From contig CAWCMA010000013.1 in the NCBI GenBank assembly GCA_963796565.1, forward strand, positions 80,493 through 144,492: a stretch of 64,000 nucleotides of DNA, given 5' to 3'. The notes beneath the pieces are model-generated. The model was not told the origin of the DNA, did no database searches, and saw only the letters and a list, made by a program, of their open reading frames with translations. The position numbers and the translations under genes are program-made. How positions within the stretch are numbered: position 1 is the first letter of the stretch; each line of letters begins with the position of its first letter. This document shows positions 56,367-64,000 of the stretch, in pieces. The stretch comes from an uncultured delta proteobacterium. Its GTDB lineage: Bacteria; Desulfobacterota; Binatia; Binatales; Binataceae.

Positions 56367-56804
56367 TCAGTAGTCACCGACGATTTTGGAGTGATCCCAA
56401 CTCGCCCAACGCTCCGGGTGAAACCGCATCACGACGCGCTTTTGCACGCGGCGCACCGCCGCCGGATTGTTCGGGTCCGCGCCGGTCAGGCTCAGCACCT
56501 CGGGGAGCGCCGCCGGACCGTCGATCAACTCGACCCGTCCGCGGACCATCACTCCGCTAAGTTCCTTGTACGTCGCGCCGCTCTCGACCAGCACGGTGGC
56601 GCGCGGGTCGCGTCTCAGGTTCACGATCTTTTGCGCGCGGGCGTAACTGGTCATCATGATCGCGCCGTCCTTGACTGTATACCACATGGCCACGACGTGC
56701 GGATAACCGTCATGGCCGTTGCTGGCGAAGGCGCAACTGTGGCGCGAGGCGAGGTAGGCCAGCGCCTGCTCCGGTGTCATCTTGATTGAATCGCGTTGGT
56801 TCAT
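56367..56804 (-). CDS. Pyridoxamine 5'-phosphate oxidase-like (PPOX class, likely F420/FMN-binding split barrel)
   Basis: ...LASRHSCAFASNGHDGYPHVVAMWYTVKDGAIMMTS...ATVLVE.. is typical of the PPOX-class family. The start is possibly MTPEQ at 56780. Confidence 0.65.
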   Translation of the reverse strand: MNQRDSIKMTPEQALAYLASRHSCAFASNGHDGYPHVVAMWYTVKDGAIMMTSYARAQKIVNLRRDPRATVLVESGATYKELSGVMVRGRVELIDGPAALPEVLSLTGADPNNPAAVRRVQKRVVMRFHPERWASWDHSKIVGDY

Positions 56805-56934
56805 CGAAGCTCCCTGCGGCGGGCGAGCGTTTGGTGCGGCCGCGCCCGCTGTTGTCTAATATGGGCACCAATATGAGTCAGACCGGCGCGCAAGGCGAGT
56901 GGCCCGCAACAGAAAATACACGGAGGATGCCCCA

Positions 56935-57228
56935 ATGGCGAAGCTCGAGAAGGCCGAAATAGAGCGGCGGCTCAGCGCGCTGCCCGGATGGGAATTCAAA
57001 GACAACGCGATCGGCAAGCTCTACCGCTTCAAGGAATTCATGGATGGAATCAGGTTCCTCAACGGAGTGGCCGAGATGGCCGAGGCGGCCGACCATCATC
57101 CCGACGTAAAAATAAACTATACTCGAATTACTTTCAGCTGCTCCACGCATGACCAGGGCGGCGTGACCGAAAAGGACTTCAAGCTGGCTTCCCAGATCGA
57201 GGAAGCGTTCAAATCCTACGTGGAGTGA
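56935..57228 (+). CDS. Pterin-4a-carbinolamine dehydratase
   Basis: The internal ATG at 56935 with SD acggagg gives MAKLEKAEIERRLSALPGWEF...AADHHPD. The [EDKH]-x(3)-H-[HN]-P motif is present. Confidence 0.8.
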   Translation: MAKLEKAEIERRLSALPGWEFKDNAIGKLYRFKEFMDGIRFLNGVAEMAEAADHHPDVKINYTRITFSCSTHDQGGVTEKDFKLASQIEEAFKSYVE

Positions 57229-57259
57229 TGGCTCCGCGCGCAACAATGTTTTCGCGCAA

Positions 57260-57901
57260 CTAACCTTTGCGCGGAACGTAGTAATGCGATCCCGCGCTGG
57301 TGCGGTCGATTTCGCGCAGCAGGTCTTCGAGATCGCCCGGGTCGGCGACGAAGTCTATCTCCGAGCTATCGACCACCAACAGCGGTGTCTCGTCGTAGTA
57401 GAAAAAGAAATCGCGATACGCGGCCGAGACGCGCTCGAGATACTCCAGGCTGATATGCCGCTCGAAGGTGCGGTTGCGCTTGCGCAGCCGCTCGGCGAGA
57501 ACCTCGACCCGGGCGCGGATGTAAACTACCAGGTCGGGCCGCGCGAGCTGTCCGTCGAGCAGGCGATAGACGCCCTCGTAAAGCACCAGCTCGTCGGGGT
57601 CGAGGTTGAGCCGGGCGAAGATGCGATCCTTGGCCAGCAGGTAGTCGGTGACGGTGGCCTGGGCGAAAAGGTCCTGCTGGGCGAGCTGGCGCTGCTGGTT
57701 GTAGCGGGTCAGCAGGAAGTAGAGCTGCACCGGGAAGGCATATTTTTCCGGATCCTGGTAGAAACGGGCGATGAATGGATTGCTGTCGGTATCTTCCAGA
57801 ACAACGCGCGCGCCAATTCTCAGCCCTAGCGCCTGCGCGAGGCTGGTCTTGCCGACGCCGATCGGCCCCTCAATCGCGATATAGCCGCCGCCCCGCCTCA
57901 T
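57260..57901 (-). CDS. Deoxynucleoside kinase family protein
   Basis: IAIEGPIGVGKTSLAQAL P-loop, and ...VLEDTDSNPF...RY is dNK-like. Confidence 0.75.
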   Translation of the reverse strand: MRRGGGYIAIEGPIGVGKTSLAQALGLRIGARVVLEDTDSNPFIARFYQDPEKYAFPVQLYFLLTRYNQQRQLAQQDLFAQATVTDYLLAKDRIFARLNLDPDELVLYEGVYRLLDGQLARPDLVVYIRARVEVLAERLRKRNRTFERHISLEYLERVSAAYRDFFFYYDETPLLVVDSSEIDFVADPGDLEDLLREIDRTSAGSHYYVPRKG

Positions 57902-58005
57902 CGGGCCGTCGTTCGGGCAACCGCCTCCTTATCGCGCGGCCGCCAAGGCGCGACCCGCAATTCGCCATCCGGCTCACGAACCCAGTTCTTCCAAATCCGG
58001 GCGCG

Positions 58006-58947
58006 CTAATCGGCCGGCATCGGGAGCGGGAAATGCACCCGCTCCTTGGCCACGCTCAGCAGCTCCACTGAGGCTCCGCTCTTCGCGAAGGCGCCGATTA
58101 TCTGCTCGACCAGCCATTCGGGCGACGACGCGCTGGCCGTGACCCCGAGGGCGCGCACGCCCTCGAGCATGTCGGGCCGCACGTCGGCCAGCGAGTCGAT
58201 CAGAAAAGCGCGCGCGCCGCGCATCCGGGCGACCTCGACCAGACGGTTGGCGTTGGAGCTCTGCTTGGATCCGACCACCAGAATAGCGTCGCTCTGCTCG
58301 ACCAACTCCTTGACCGCGTTCTGGCGATTCTGGGTCGCGTAGCAGATGTCGTCGGTCTTGGGCGCGACCATCGCCGGGAAGCGGCGCTTGAGCGTTTCCA
58401 TGATTTCGCGCGTATCGTCGACGCTGAGCGTGGTCTGGCTCACGGCCGCCACCCGTTGCGGGTCGGGAACCTCGGCCACCTCGGCCTCCTGCACGCTGCC
58501 GACCAGCAGCACGCGGCCTGGCGCGACGCCGAGCGTGCCCTTGACCTCCTCGTGGCCGGCGTGGCCAACCAGGATCACGCTGCGGTCCTCGCGCGCGTAG
58601 CGCTCGACTTCGAGATGAACCTTGGTGACCAGCGGGCAAGTGGCGTCGATGACGCGGAGTCCCCGGGCGCGCGCGCGCTCCCATTCACTGGGCGCGACGC
58701 CGTGCGCGCTGAAGATCACGCGCTGGCCCTCGGGCACTTCGCCGAGGTCTTCGACGAAGATCGCGCCTTCCTCCTCGAGCGCCTCGAGCACGAAGCGGTT
58801 GTGCACGATCTGATGGCGCACGTAGAGCGGCCGCCCGTAAGTGCGCAGGGCACCGCGCACGGCCTCGACCGCACGGTCGACTCCGGCGCAAAAGCCGCGC
58901 GGCTCGGCGAGGATTATTTTTTCGACGTGATGTTGACTCAGCGGCAT
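58006..58947 (-). CDS. ispH: 4-hydroxy-3-methylbut-2-enyl diphosphate reductase
   Basis: PRGFCAGVDRAV, ...HNRFV..., SAHGV and ATCPLVTKVH are the three conserved Cys regions. Confidence 0.9.
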   Translation of the reverse strand: MPLSQHHVEKIILAEPRGFCAGVDRAVEAVRGALRTYGRPLYVRHQIVHNRFVLEALEEEGAIFVEDLGEVPEGQRVIFSAHGVAPSEWERARARGLRVIDATCPLVTKVHLEVERYAREDRSVILVGHAGHEEVKGTLGVAPGRVLLVGSVQEAEVAEVPDPQRVAAVSQTTLSVDDTREIMETLKRRFPAMVAPKTDDICYATQNRQNAVKELVEQSDAILVVGSKQSSNANRLVEVARMRGARAFLIDSLADVRPDMLEGVRALGVTASASSPEWLVEQIIGAFAKSGASVELLSVAKERVHFPLPMPAD

Positions 58948-59066
58948 CAGGGCTCCTGATTAACGGATGCTGGCCGGTCGGTCAACAGACCGCCGCCCGC
59001 ACATCCAGCTCGCAATATCAATGTATATGATTATCGAATTACCTACCGAATCGCCGACCGGCATTC

Positions 59067-59786
59067 TCAGTGCGCGTGGCCGGGGGCTGGCGGATGCGAG
59101 GTCTGGCAGCCGATCCACACTTCGCCGCCCTCGAAGTATTCCTTCTTCCAGATCGGCACGACTTCCTTGAGGCGGTCGATCGCGAAGCGGCAGGCCTCGA
59201 AAGCCTCCGCCCGATGCGCCGCGGAGACCGCGATCGCGACCGAAGTCTCGCCGATATCGACCAGGCCGACGCGATGGCTTATCGCGATACGCACGATTTG
59301 CCATCGCTCGCCCGCCTCGCGCGCGAGCCGGCGCATCTCGCTGAGCGCCATCGGCTCGTAAGCCTCGTACTCCAGGCGGATCACGTTGCGGCCGGCGTTG
59401 TCGGCGCGCGTGGTCCCGGCGAAGGTGACGACTGCGCCGGCATGAGGGTCGGTGACGGCGCGCTCCAACGCCGCGACGTCGATCGGTGCGCGGCCGATCG
59501 CGATCGGGCCCATCCATACGGGATCGCGCGCCGGCCCGGCGCCGCCGCTAACCGGCGGGATGAACGCGACCTCGTCGCCGGGACGCGGACGATAGTCGTC
59601 TTGCACATATTCCTGGTTGACGGCGAAGCCGACCGAGTCGCGATGACCCTTGAGCCCCGGAAACTCCTCGGCCAGGCGCTGCCACATCTCGGCGACGGTC
59701 GCGCCTTCGGGAAACTCGCGGCTTAGCTCGGAGGCGCCAGCGCGCTCGCGCAGCGTCGCAAACAATCTTATCGTCACCTGATTCAT
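59067..59786 (-). CDS. moaDE: MoaD-MoaE fusion (molybdopterin synthase sulfur carrier plus catalytic subunit)
   Basis: The N-terminal ~90 aa is ThiS/MoaD-like and ends FIPPVSGG (GG C-terminus embedded in the fusion). MoaE-like features follow (...VVTFAGTTR...IWKKE). Confidence 0.8.
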   Translation of the reverse strand: MNQVTIRLFATLRERAGASELSREFPEGATVAEMWQRLAEEFPGLKGHRDSVGFAVNQEYVQDDYRPRPGDEVAFIPPVSGGAGPARDPVWMGPIAIGRAPIDVAALERAVTDPHAGAVVTFAGTTRADNAGRNVIRLEYEAYEPMALSEMRRLAREAGERWQIVRIAISHRVGLVDIGETSVAIAVSAAHRAEAFEACRFAIDRLKEVVPIWKKEYFEGGEVWIGCQTSHPPAPGHAH

Positions 59787-59816
59787 CGGCGATTCATTTG
59801 CGATTCGTTGGCGATA

Positions 59817-60314
59817 TCAGAGCTTCAGCAGATGCGCCATGTGGCCAAGCTCGGGGATAAGCAGTTTCTCCATCGCGAGCCGGCAGGCGTCGGGCGAGCC
59901 CGGCAGCGAGGCCACGATTTTGCCGCCCGCGATTCCCGCCAGCGCCCGGCTCAAAAAGGCCGCCGATCCGATCTGCTGATAGGAAAGATAGCGGAACAAT
60001 TCGCCGAAGCCCTCCAGTTCCTTGTCGAGCAAACCTCGAACCGCTTCGAAGGTCGAGTCGCGCGCGGCGATGCCGGTGCCGCCGTTGACGATGATGACAT
60101 CGAGGTTTTGCAGGTTGTCGAGCACACTCGTGCGGATGCGGCCGGGATCGTCGGGCACGACCTCGTAGTACTCCACGCGATGCCCGGCGGCAGTCAACAA
60201 GTCGCGGATGAGACGGCCGCTCTCGTCGGTTTCGGCGCCGCGCGAATCGCTCGCGGTCAGCACGCCCACCTTGAGGCTCTTGTGGCCATGACGATGATGC
60301 TCTGCTACGGACAC
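59817..60314 (-). CDS. moaB: Molybdenum cofactor biosynthesis protein B (MogA/MoaB family)
   Basis: ...VGVLTASDS...DVIIVNGGTG.. matches the MoaB pattern. Confidence 0.8.
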   Translation of the reverse strand: MSVAEHHRHGHKSLKVGVLTASDSRGAETDESGRLIRDLLTAAGHRVEYYEVVPDDPGRIRTSVLDNLQNLDVIIVNGGTGIAARDSTFEAVRGLLDKELEGFGELFRYLSYQQIGSAAFLSRALAGIAGGKIVASLPGSPDACRLAMEKLLIPELGHMAHLLKL

Positions 60315-60372
60315 AAAAAAATTATCTCACCCGCTTATCGTATCATCCATAAAATCATATCATCGCGCGCCA

Positions 60373-60576
60373 CTAGCGCAGACGCAGGTTGAACGCCTGC
60401 GGCCCCTTGTCGCCGGGGCGCACGTCGAACTGCACCTGCTCGCCCTCGCGCAAGTCCTCGAAATAGACCTTGGGCGAAAGCCGCGAGCGATGGAAAAAGA
60501 CTTCATCGCTGCCGTCGTCGGGCGTGATGAAGCCGAAGCCCTTGTCTTTGATCACTTTTTTGATCGTGCCGAACAT
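60373..60576 (-). CDS. cspA: Cold-shock protein (CspA family)
   Basis: MFGTIKKVIKDKGFGFITPDDGSDEVFFH carries the RNP1/RNP2 motifs. 67 aa. The 5'UTR contains a hairpin ccagggga-cc-tcccctg next to the SD. Confidence 0.9.
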   Translation of the reverse strand: MFGTIKKVIKDKGFGFITPDDGSDEVFFHRSRLSPKVYFEDLREGEQVQFDVRPGDKGPQAFNLRLR

Positions 60577-60661
60577 AGCGTCCTCCGCAGGGGAGGTCCC
60601 CTGGAGTTGAGCTTAGGCGAGCCGCGCCGTATGTAAAGAGGGTCTCGACGCGGCGGAGGAA

Positions 60662-60904
60662 GTGCCCTTGCTCAAGGCAGTTGGACTGGCGGAAATCGAG
60701 CGCATCTTCGCGGTTACCGACGCGCTGGGAATCTCGCGCGAGGCGCTGGTGATCCCGCTGCGCACCGAGCATCCCGGGCGCCTGCGCAGGCTCGGCGCCG
60801 GCAAGCTCGAGATCGTCGTCGATCGCGACGCCGACTTCGATCAATGGCTCAGTCGTCTTGAGACGGAGATTCGGGCGGTCTGGCAGGTATCGCCGCCGGA
60901 CTGA
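60662..60904 (+). CDS. Small hypothetical protein (80 aa, GTG start)
   Basis: Non-repetitive, protein-like composition (AEIERIFAVTDALGISREALVIPL...GKLEIVVDRDADFDQWLSRLE). Its 3' end overlaps the convergent BCCP gene by ~55 nt. No SD was inspected in detail. Confidence 0.25.
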   Translation: MPLLKAVGLAEIERIFAVTDALGISREALVIPLRTEHPGRLRRLGAGKLEIVVDRDADFDQWLSRLETEIRAVWQVSPPD

Positions 60905-61427
60905 GTTCGATCAAGCGCGCGCCGTGATCGACCATCTGTCCGGCCACGACGCAAATCTTGGCCACGATTGCCTGGCTCTCGGCGTATAGCGTCGTCTCCA
61001 TTTTCATCGCTTCGAGCACGATCAGAGGATCGCCGTGCTCAACCGGCTGGCCCTCGGCGACCAGCACTTTGAGCACCTTGCCCGGCATCGGCGCGTCGAC
61101 TTCCGGCGCGGCGAGTCCTCCCGCGCGATGCGCCGTGCGACCTTCGACCATAATGAACTCGGCCGCGAACGGGCCCGCGGCCGCCACTATCGAAGAGCGC
61201 CGCCGGGCACCCGCGACGCGAACGCGCCGGCCGCCCAGATCCACCATCGCGGTGCCGTCGGGCATCGTCGCGACAATCGCCACGATCTCGCGTCCGTCTA
61301 TGGTGACACGCACGGCACGCCGGCCGTCCGCGCCTCCCCGGTCTGGATGATCTGGCTGGTCTTGCTTATTTTGCGCGAGCAATTCGACCTCGAACTCGCG
61401 CGCGTCGCCCTGGCGTTTGAGCTTCAT
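60849..61427 (-). CDS. Biotin carboxyl carrier protein-like (biotinyl domain)
   Basis: The start is placed at ATG 61427, giving an ATGA overlap with the accC stop. The biotinylation motif LEAMKME is present. Confidence 0.7.
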   Translation of the reverse strand: MKLKRQGDAREFEVELLAQNKQDQPDHPDRGGADGRRAVRVTIDGREIVAIVATMPDGTAMVDLGGRRVRVAGARRRSSIVAAAGPFAAEFIMVEGRTAHRAGGLAAPEVDAPMPGKVLKVLVAEGQPVEHGDPLIVLEAMKMETTLYAESQAIVAKICVVAGQMVDHGARLIELSPAAIPARPPESPSQDD

Positions 61428-62965
61428 CGCTCGCCTCTTCCCCACGGCTCGAAGCCGGCGAGCTCCGCCCACGGCGAGCGTCCGCCACGCTCCGAACGCC
61501 CGCCGTCGTTGAGCGCGCTCCGCGATGAAGAAGAAACCGACGATCCCGAGCGCGCCGAGCCGAGCGCTCCTCCCGCCACCATCGCGGCCGCCACCAGTAG
61601 ACTTTCGAGCGCCTCGTCGTTCGGGCTCCAGCGCGGAAAAAACCGCTCCAGGAATCGCGTCGAGAGCCGCGCTTCACGAAATGCCTCGCTTGCGACGACG
61701 TCGCGCAGGAAAGCCGCGGTGTTGGTCACGCCCAGCAGCGAGAATTCGCTGAGCGCGGCCGCCATCCGGATGCGCGCCTGCTCGCGGTCGGCGCCCCAGC
61801 AGATAAGCTTCCCCAGCAGGCCATCGTAAAATGCGGTGACCCGAGCGCCGGTCATGAGATGAGTGTCGATTCGTACACCCGGTCCCGCAGGGAGATTCAG
61901 GTAAAGCGCCTCGCCGGTGGCCGGACGGAAGCTGTGCTCGGCGTCCTCAGCATAGATGCGGCACTCGATCGCCGCGCCGCGCGGCGCGGCCGGCTCGCCG
62001 ACCCGCTCGCCCATCGCGACCCGGAGCTGCTCGGCGACCAGGTCGCACCCAAAACGCATCTCGGTCACCGGATGCTCGACCTGCAGGCGCGTATTGGCCT
62101 CAAGAAAGTAGAACTCGCCGCCGTCGACCAGAAACTCCATCGTGCCCGCGTTGCAATAGCCGGCCACCCGCGCAACCTTCAGAGCCGCCTCAACCATCCG
62201 GGTCCGCAGGCCGTCGTCGAGCCCTGGGGCCGGTGATTCCTCGATGATTTTCTGGTTGCGCCGCTGAATCGAACAGTCGCGCTCGCCGAGCGCAACGACG
62301 CCGCCGTGCTGGTCGGCGAGCACCTGCACTTCGACGTGGCGCGGATGCGCCAGATATTTTTCCAGGAATACGCGGCCGTCACCGAAGGCGGCCTTGGCCT
62401 CGCGCGCCGACGCCGCCAGCGCCTCGGTCAGGCCGGCTTGCGCCTCGACCAGACGCATCCCGCGGCCGCCGCCGCCCGCCGCCGCCTTGACCATCAGGGG
62501 AAAGCCGACCCGCGCGGCAAATTGCTCCGCCGCGCGCTCCTCGACCGTCTCCAGCCCCGGCACCACCGCAACGCTCACGCCCGCCGCCAGGCGTCGCGCC
62601 GCGACTTTGTCGCCCAGCGCCGCCATCACGTCCGCCGGCGGCCCGACGAAGGTCATCCCGGCCTCGGCGACGGCGCGGGCGAAGTCGGGCCGTTCGGAGA
62701 GAAACCCGTAGCCGGGATGAATCGCGTCGGCGCCGGTAGCCTGCGCGGCTTCGATAATCGCTGCGATGTTGAGATAGCTCTGGCTCGCCTCGGGCGGACC
62801 GATGAGGCGCGCCTGGTCGGCCGCGGCGACGTGCGCGGCGTCGGCGTCGGCGTCCGAGTAGACGGCGACGGTAGCGAGCCCGAGCAGGTGCGCGCTACGA
62901 ATTATCCTGAGCGCTATTTCGCCGCGGTTGGCGATCAGCAATTTACTGATGGAGCCGCGCTTCAT
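61424..62965 (-). CDS. accC: Biotin carboxylase (acetyl/acyl-CoA carboxylase subunit)
   Basis: ...KLLIANRGEIALRIIRSA..., ATP-grasp and ...GGGGRGM... 513 aa. Confidence 0.9.
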   Translation of the reverse strand: MKRGSISKLLIANRGEIALRIIRSAHLLGLATVAVYSDADADAAHVAAADQARLIGPPEASQSYLNIAAIIEAAQATGADAIHPGYGFLSERPDFARAVAEAGMTFVGPPADVMAALGDKVAARRLAAGVSVAVVPGLETVEERAAEQFAARVGFPLMVKAAAGGGGRGMRLVEAQAGLTEALAASAREAKAAFGDGRVFLEKYLAHPRHVEVQVLADQHGGVVALGERDCSIQRRNQKIIEESPAPGLDDGLRTRMVEAALKVARVAGYCNAGTMEFLVDGGEFYFLEANTRLQVEHPVTEMRFGCDLVAEQLRVAMGERVGEPAAPRGAAIECRIYAEDAEHSFRPATGEALYLNLPAGPGVRIDTHLMTGARVTAFYDGLLGKLICWGADREQARIRMAAALSEFSLLGVTNTAAFLRDVVASEAFREARLSTRFLERFFPRWSPNDEALESLLVAAAMVAGGALGSARSGSSVSSSSRSALNDGGRSERGGRSPWAELAGFEPWGRGER

Positions 62966-63065
62966 TCTGTACGCGAGCGTAGCACAGAGCGGGCGCGCTC
63001 GCGCCTGAGCGGGCGGCGCGCCGATGATCGCGAAGACGGCGTCCCAGGTCCGCCACCGGCGTGGC

Positions 63066-63094
63066 GCGAGAAATTTTGAAATAAATTTCGTCGC
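63066..63094. promoter_or_regulatory. AT-rich imperfect palindrome gcgaGAAATTTtgaaatAAATTTCgtcgc upstream of accC; candidate operator
   Basis: Read directly from the sequence. It lies ~100 nt upstream of the accC start in an otherwise GC-rich spacer. Confidence 0.3.
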
Positions 63095-63212
63095 GGTACG
63101 TCAAATGGATTGATCGTCAGAAGGATTTCATTATCTTGGAAGGTCCGGCGCGCCCGGACCGTTCGTCCTGGCCATCGCGTCGAAGGAGAAAATCCTGAAT
63201 GAGGGAGCGCTA

Positions 63213-63434
63213 GTGCAGGAAATGGAAGCAACCGACATTCGTACTGTGTACGACTTCCCCGTCGCCGGCCATCTCTGCGGTGATGGAGTGGTGCATTACG
63301 TCAAACTGACGCGCCGTTCCGGCAGCCCCAGGCCCCAGGGCGTCTGCGCTCAATGCCAGACGACCTTTCAGTACGAAAAACCGCAGCGCTCCCGCGTGCG
63401 GCACTACGACAGCGAAGGCGCCAGTCATTTCTAG
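63213..63434 (+). CDS. Small hypothetical Cys-containing protein (possible zinc-ribbon)
   Basis: A GTG at 63213 or an ATG at 63222 is possible. HLCGDG...CAQCQ supplies Cys/His ligands. Support is weak. Confidence 0.25.
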   Translation: MQEMEATDIRTVYDFPVAGHLCGDGVVHYVKLTRRSGSPRPQGVCAQCQTTFQYEKPQRSRVRHYDSEGASHF

Positions 63435-63581
63435 GCCGCCAAGGGCCTCCTAAACTCATTCTCACGGCGCTCGGACGAGAGCGCTTGCGGCGGCTAGCGA
63501 GATAGCGGGTTTCCCGCCGCGCAACGGCGTCGACGTGCTGCGGTGCGGAGGTTGCCGTGGTGGGCGGCTGCCCCGCTGAAG

Positions 63582-64000
63582 TCAGGGCTGCGCCGCGGCC
63601 GTCGGCGAGGCGGGTGTCTCCGCCGAGGATGATTGTGCGGGCGGCGCCGAGTCATGCGGCGCCGTGAACGCCGGCGGCTCGGCCGGTTCGAATTCCGGCG
63701 GCGCCTTGAGTGACGGCGCCATGCTCACCAGCAAGACCTCGGGGCCGCGATAGTAACGCGACAGCATCCCGCCGACGAAGGCGAAGTCGCGCAGGGGGTC
63801 GAACCATAGCCGGATGGTCGGTACGAACGGCTTCAGAAATATGTTGAACCATCCGAACACCGGATGCGCGTCGGCCTTGGCCAGCTTGCCGTCATGCGGG
63901 CGAAAGCTCCAGGGAGATCGCTCGAGATCCGCATGCAGGCTCAGGATGCGCGGGCCCATCGCGCAATCGAAGACATGGATATCGAGGTCGCTAGCTTCAC
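63582..64000 (-). CDS. Hypothetical protein, partial; the ORF stays open to the window end
   Basis: The reading frame upstream of the listed ATG (63959) remains open to position 64000 (...EASDLDIHVFDCAMGPRILSLHADLERSPW...). The C-terminus is Pro/Ala-rich. Confidence 0.35.
   Translation of the reverse strand, partial: EASDLDIHVFDCAMGPRILSLHADLERSPWSFRPHDGKLAKADAHPVFGWFNIFLKPFVPTIRLWFDPLRDFAFVGGMLSRYYRGPEVLLVSMAPSLKAPPEFEPAEPPAFTAPHDSAPPAQSSSAETPASPTAAAQP

Noticed and set aside
63660-63690. ggttcgaattcc: a tRNA T-loop-like string
   Set aside because: It is part of a perfect palindrome ccggttcgaattccgg inside a coding region. No acceptor or anticodon arms could be built. No tRNA, rRNA or CRISPR arrays were recognised anywhere in the window.

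Overview
This is a roughly 64 kb stretch of a high-GC bacterial chromosome, about two-thirds G+C by eye, with strong third-position GC bias. Long antisense 'shadow' ORFs are common and were ignored. No rRNA, tRNA, CRISPR array, integrase or transposase was recognised. The region is tightly packed with housekeeping genes. In coordinate order these are: a partial flavin reductase; an L,D-transpeptidase; an Fe-alcohol dehydrogenase; an APC permease; RidA; a partial complex I membrane-arm operon (nuoE-H-J-K-L-M-N on the minus strand, with no nuoI, F or G); rsmD-coaD; an aspartate aminotransferase; a NUDIX hydrolase; a Zn-ADH; a stress/envelope cluster (His-rich Lpp-like lipoprotein, an orphan GroEL paralog with a GGM tail, a DUF4168 protein, a second Lpp-like lipoprotein and an Hsp20-like protein); rimI; carD/cdnL-ispD; cysK translationally coupled to a LarE-like PP-loop sulfur transferase; a GT9 heptosyltransferase; htpX-DUF1844-degP-PBP1A; a TPR protein; tsaD-rsmA-mutM; pilD-tmk-holB-PSP1-metG; cydAB; an F420-type LLM oxidoreductase; a DUF523/DUF1722 protein; a phd-vapC toxin-antitoxin pair; a split MaoC hydratase pair; a PPOX-class protein; pterin carbinolamine dehydratase; a deoxynucleoside kinase; ispH; moaDE-moaB; cspA; and accC-BCCP. 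Four visibly lower-GC patches stand out as candidate acquired or decaying DNA. First, 3.0-5.7 kb holds a frameshifted TolC-like outer membrane factor fragment and half of a FUSC efflux protein. Second, 19.7-22.1 kb is a single 730-aa metallophosphoesterase with a large uncharacterised C-terminal domain, immediately downstream of the NUDIX gene; this is the most promising 'novel' candidate. Third, cydAB. Fourth, the phd-vapC module. The nuo, cydAB, groEL, carD and F420-type gene set and the many in-frame Ala/Pro/Gly-rich coding repeats suggest a high-GC environmental lineage (Myxococcota, Desulfobacterota or Rokubacteria-like). That assignment is inference only.
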